28,133 nt of DNA from a bacterium (GTDB taxonomy: Bacteria > Verrucomicrobiota > Kiritimatiellia > UBA8416 > CAMZLY01), in NCBI GenBank assembly GCA_030632465.1, contig DAOVUR010000001.1:1-28133 (forward strand), read 5' to 3'. The first letter of the stretch is position 1; each line of letters begins with the position of its first letter. Shown here in pieces: positions 25,653 to 28,133 of the stretch. The notes below the pieces were generated by a model. That model was not told where the DNA came from and ran no database searches. It saw nothing but the letters and a program-made list of their open reading frames with translations. The position numbers were made by a program, and so were the translations under genes.

Positions 25653-25849
25653 CTCCTCGGGGCAAGCCCCGAAGGTATCTATTTACTGTAGGGCTGGAAC
25701 GGCCCGCCTGCATCGCTTTGCGAAGCAATGCGGGCAGGTTGAGCTTGCGAAACCTTCCCGCCGGGCCTGGCTGGAAGGCATCGTACCTCAGCCGTTCCAG
25801 CCCTACAATTCATAACGCAGCAAGCTGCGGGGTATTAACCCCTCGGCTT
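25653..25849. mobile_element. Palindromic MITE/REPIN-like element, copy 1 (197 bp) with nested 36-bp insert at 25703-25738
   Basis: 16-bp perfect inverted repeat TGTAGGGCTGGAACGG at 25687-25702/25792-25807; near-identical to 27914-28074. Mobility is inferred. Confidence 0.75.
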
Positions 25850-25858
25850 CGCATAAAT

Positions 25859-26169
25859 AATGAATAGTGAATAGTTGTTGCAGCAGCAGGCGGGTCATAA
25901 TCATAATCATAATCCTAATCAAAACTGAATAGAGATCTTGCATCAACAGCCCAATCGCTATCTACACTTCGATATTGCATAAGATCAGACAGCAGAACAT
26001 AAAGAACTAAATCAATCGATTACGAGCACGAGTACTACCTGCCCGCAGTATCTGCGACACGGTCGCAGCAGGCGGGTTAGGACTAGGATACTACATCCTC
26101 GTATTCATAATAATTGTCATTAAAGTGACAATGCAATCACTATTCATTATTAGTTTTTCGTTATTCACT
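25859..26169. repeat. Nested inward-facing heptamer and hexamer arrays
   Basis: Heptamers on + at 25859-25879 and on - at 26135-26169; hexamers TCATAA x4 at 25895-25920 and GATTAC/GAGCAC/GAGTAC at 26018-26035. Confidence 0.65.
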
Positions 26170-26268
26170 TTTAAAGCTTGCGTAAGTCACTGATATGGTG
26201 TCAAATACACAGCTGATTGAAAAATTTAACTCTCCCCGTTTTAACAACTTTATAGATTGAGGAAAACA

Positions 26269-26550
26269 ATGACTAAGAACGATATCGTATCAAAAATATC
26301 TGAAGAAACTGGAATTATTAAAGAAGATGTGTATGCCGTTGTGCAGAAAACTCTTGATCATATTACTGCTGCCCTAGAAAAAGGTGACAATATAGAGTTC
26401 CGTGATTTTGGTGTCTTCGAAGTATGCGTCCGTAAAGCACGTATTGGCCGCAACCCAAGCAAGCCAACAGAAACCTTCCAGATTCCTGAACGCAAAGTTG
26501 TTAAGTTCAAGGCTGGTAAAAAAATGAGAGAAAAAGTAGTCAACAGCTAA
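26269..26550 (+). CDS. HU/IHF-family DNA-binding protein
   Basis: MTKNDIV, IEFRDFGVFEV..RKARIGRNP...IPERKVVKFKAGK; ATG with SD GAGGA. Confidence 0.93.
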   Translation: MTKNDIVSKISEETGIIKEDVYAVVQKTLDHITAALEKGDNIEFRDFGVFEVCVRKARIGRNPSKPTETFQIPERKVVKFKAGKKMREKVVNS

Positions 26551-26592
26551 TAAACAATAGTGTTAAGTTTTAGGTGTTAGGTTTTAAGTTAA
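26544..26592 (+). repeat. Heptamer array from the HU stop codon
   Basis: CAGCTAA TAAACAA TAGTGTT AAGTTTT AGGTGTT AGGTTTT AAGTTAA. Confidence 0.6.
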
Positions 26593-26645
26593 GTGGATCT
26601 CTAGGGCATTTAATAAATATTGTAAAAATCAACCAATAACTAATC

Positions 26646-27911
26646 ATGATAAATTCAGCAATTTCATTTAATCCACCACGCGGCATGCGCGACTTCTACC
26701 CTGAAGATATGCTGTTACGTAACCTCATATTTGATGCATGGCGAACTGCTGCGAAAAACTACGGTTTCTCACAATACGACGCTTGCGTAGTGGAGTCCTT
26801 AGAATTACTAAAACGTAAGGCCGGCGAAGAGATCACCGACCAGATATATGCGTTCAAAGATAAAAGCAATCGCGACCTTGCTCTCCGCCCAGAGATGACT
26901 CCCACTCTAGCCCGTATGATCGCAGCTAAACAGGGCTCACTAACATTTCCTGTCAAATGGTTCACTATTGCGCAATGTTTCCGCTACGAACGAACAACCC
27001 GCGGTCGCAAAAGAGAACATTATCAACTTAACCTTGATATCGTAGGAGAACCATCAATCCTCGCCGAAGTAGAAATCATTGCAACAGCAATAAAGTCTAT
27101 GGAAGCAATGGGGCTAGAAAAAAGTGATATTATTATAGATTTCAGTAGCCGTGCACTACTTTCCGATATCCTTATCAACCTCGGCATTGCAGAGCCGGAA
27201 CATGCAGCAGCATTTGTTGCGCTAGATAAACGTGGCAAGATCACTGATGATGCCATCAGGATAATTTTATCCGAGCATGGACTAACAGATGATACTACAG
27301 ACAAAATCTTCAGCGCACTAGAGATCAAATCGCTTTCCGATGTCGAAAAATTAGTTCCAAAAGAGACAGAATCACTCAAAGAGCTACTCAATTTCATCGA
27401 CCTTCTTAAGGCATACGACATCGACAGCTGCATGAACTTCAACATCTCCGTCATTCGTGGCCTAGCATACTACACAGGTATTGTATTTGAAGCATTTGAT
27501 GCTGACCGCACACTTCGCGCAATCTTTGGTGGTGGGCGTTATGATAATCTACTCTCGTCAATTGGCGGCAAACCAGCCACAGCAGTTGGTCTCGGATTTG
27601 GTGATGTAGTTATTGGTGAACTCCTTAACATGAAACAGAATATAACTATTCCAAAAAGCCAAGGTGGCACAGCTGTTGGGTATATGCAACAAGAACAGCA
27701 GAATACAGCAATTCAAGCCGCAAACAAGCTACGAGCCGATGGTGTCAACACCGACCTTGCTCTCACCGCCGAGAAAGCAAAGAAATTCTTCTCACGATGC
27801 AATAAAGCTGGCTTTGAAGAGGCCGTATATATCGGCCCTGATGATGTTGACTCAAACGAAATACGCATCAAAAACCTGAGCACCCGTGAAGAACGAATAT
27901 ATAGTGAATAA
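26646..27911 (+). CDS. hisS: Histidine--tRNA ligase
   Basis: PPRGMRDF, LALRPEMTP, FRYERTTRGRKREHYQ, RGLAYYTGIVFE, GGGRYDNL, AVGLGFG, and an anticodon-binding domain. Confidence 0.96.
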   Translation: MINSAISFNPPRGMRDFYPEDMLLRNLIFDAWRTAAKNYGFSQYDACVVESLELLKRKAGEEITDQIYAFKDKSNRDLALRPEMTPTLARMIAAKQGSLTFPVKWFTIAQCFRYERTTRGRKREHYQLNLDIVGEPSILAEVEIIATAIKSMEAMGLEKSDIIIDFSSRALLSDILINLGIAEPEHAAAFVALDKRGKITDDAIRIILSEHGLTDDTTDKIFSALEIKSLSDVEKLVPKETESLKELLNFIDLLKAYDIDSCMNFNISVIRGLAYYTGIVFEAFDADRTLRAIFGGGRYDNLLSSIGGKPATAVGLGFGDVVIGELLNMKQNITIPKSQGGTAVGYMQQEQQNTAIQAANKLRADGVNTDLALTAEKAKKFFSRCNKAGFEEAVYIGPDDVDSNEIRIKNLSTREERIYSE

Positions 27912-27913
27912 TA

Positions 27914-28074
27914 CTCCTCGGGGCGAGCCCCGAAGGTATCTATTTACTGTAGGGCTGGAACGGTTGAGCTTGCGAAACCTTCCCGCCGGACCTGGCTGGA
28001 AGGCATCGTACCTCAGCCGTTCCAGCCCTACAATTCATGACGCCGCAAGCTGCGGGGTATTAAACCCTCAGCTT
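27914..28074. mobile_element. Palindromic MITE/REPIN-like element, copy 2 (161 bp, no insert)
   Basis: Inverted repeat at 27948-27963/28017-28032; matches 25653-25849. Confidence 0.75.
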
Positions 28075-28080
28075 CCCAAT

Positions 28081-28108
28081 AACTAATAGTGAATAATGAA
28101 TAGTTGAG
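28081..28108 (+). repeat. Heptamer array
   Basis: AACTAAT AGTGAAT AATGAAT AGTTGAG; follows the element as at 25859. Confidence 0.7.
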
Positions 28109-28133
28109 GAACCAGCAAAACAATTGTCATTAA

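Noticed and set aside
25921-26017. Possible four-helix-bundle gene remnant between the hexamer arrays
   Set aside because: Translations of the frames I read show stops and no recognisable motif, so a pseudogene call is unsupported.

Overview
Bacterial chromosomal housekeeping region. I infer a Gram-negative, probably PVC-group (Kiritimatiellota/Lentisphaerae-like) organism, but this is low confidence. It holds 28 supportable CDSs: a guanine-deaminase-type protein, argS, rpsU, gmd plus an Rmd-like reductase, an MnmC/MnmD-like methyltransferase, asnS, a PIG-L deacetylase-nagB-NahK-like kinase trio, an LpxL-family acyltransferase, rnc, xerD, ilvD, mtaB, HU/IHF, hisS and several membrane or unknown proteins. 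There is also one tRNA-Lys(UUU). No transposase, CRISPR array or integron is present. The unusual content is intergenic: (1) modular cassette arrays punctuated by an RTAG(A/C)GC(A/G) octamer, all on the + strand, including six copies of a 50-51 bp hairpin with compensatory substitutions; (2) a GTAG/GTAA REP doublet; (3) a 161/197 bp duplicated palindromic element, one copy carrying a nested 36 bp insert; (4) heptamer arrays at or just after many stop codons; (5) two unrelated membrane-protein genes that share both an upstream promoter-like motif and a 31-nt covarying 3' motif. A nucleotidyltransferase plus 61-aa protein pair is a toxin-antitoxin-like candidate. All repeat coordinates and counts were read by eye and need computational confirmation.
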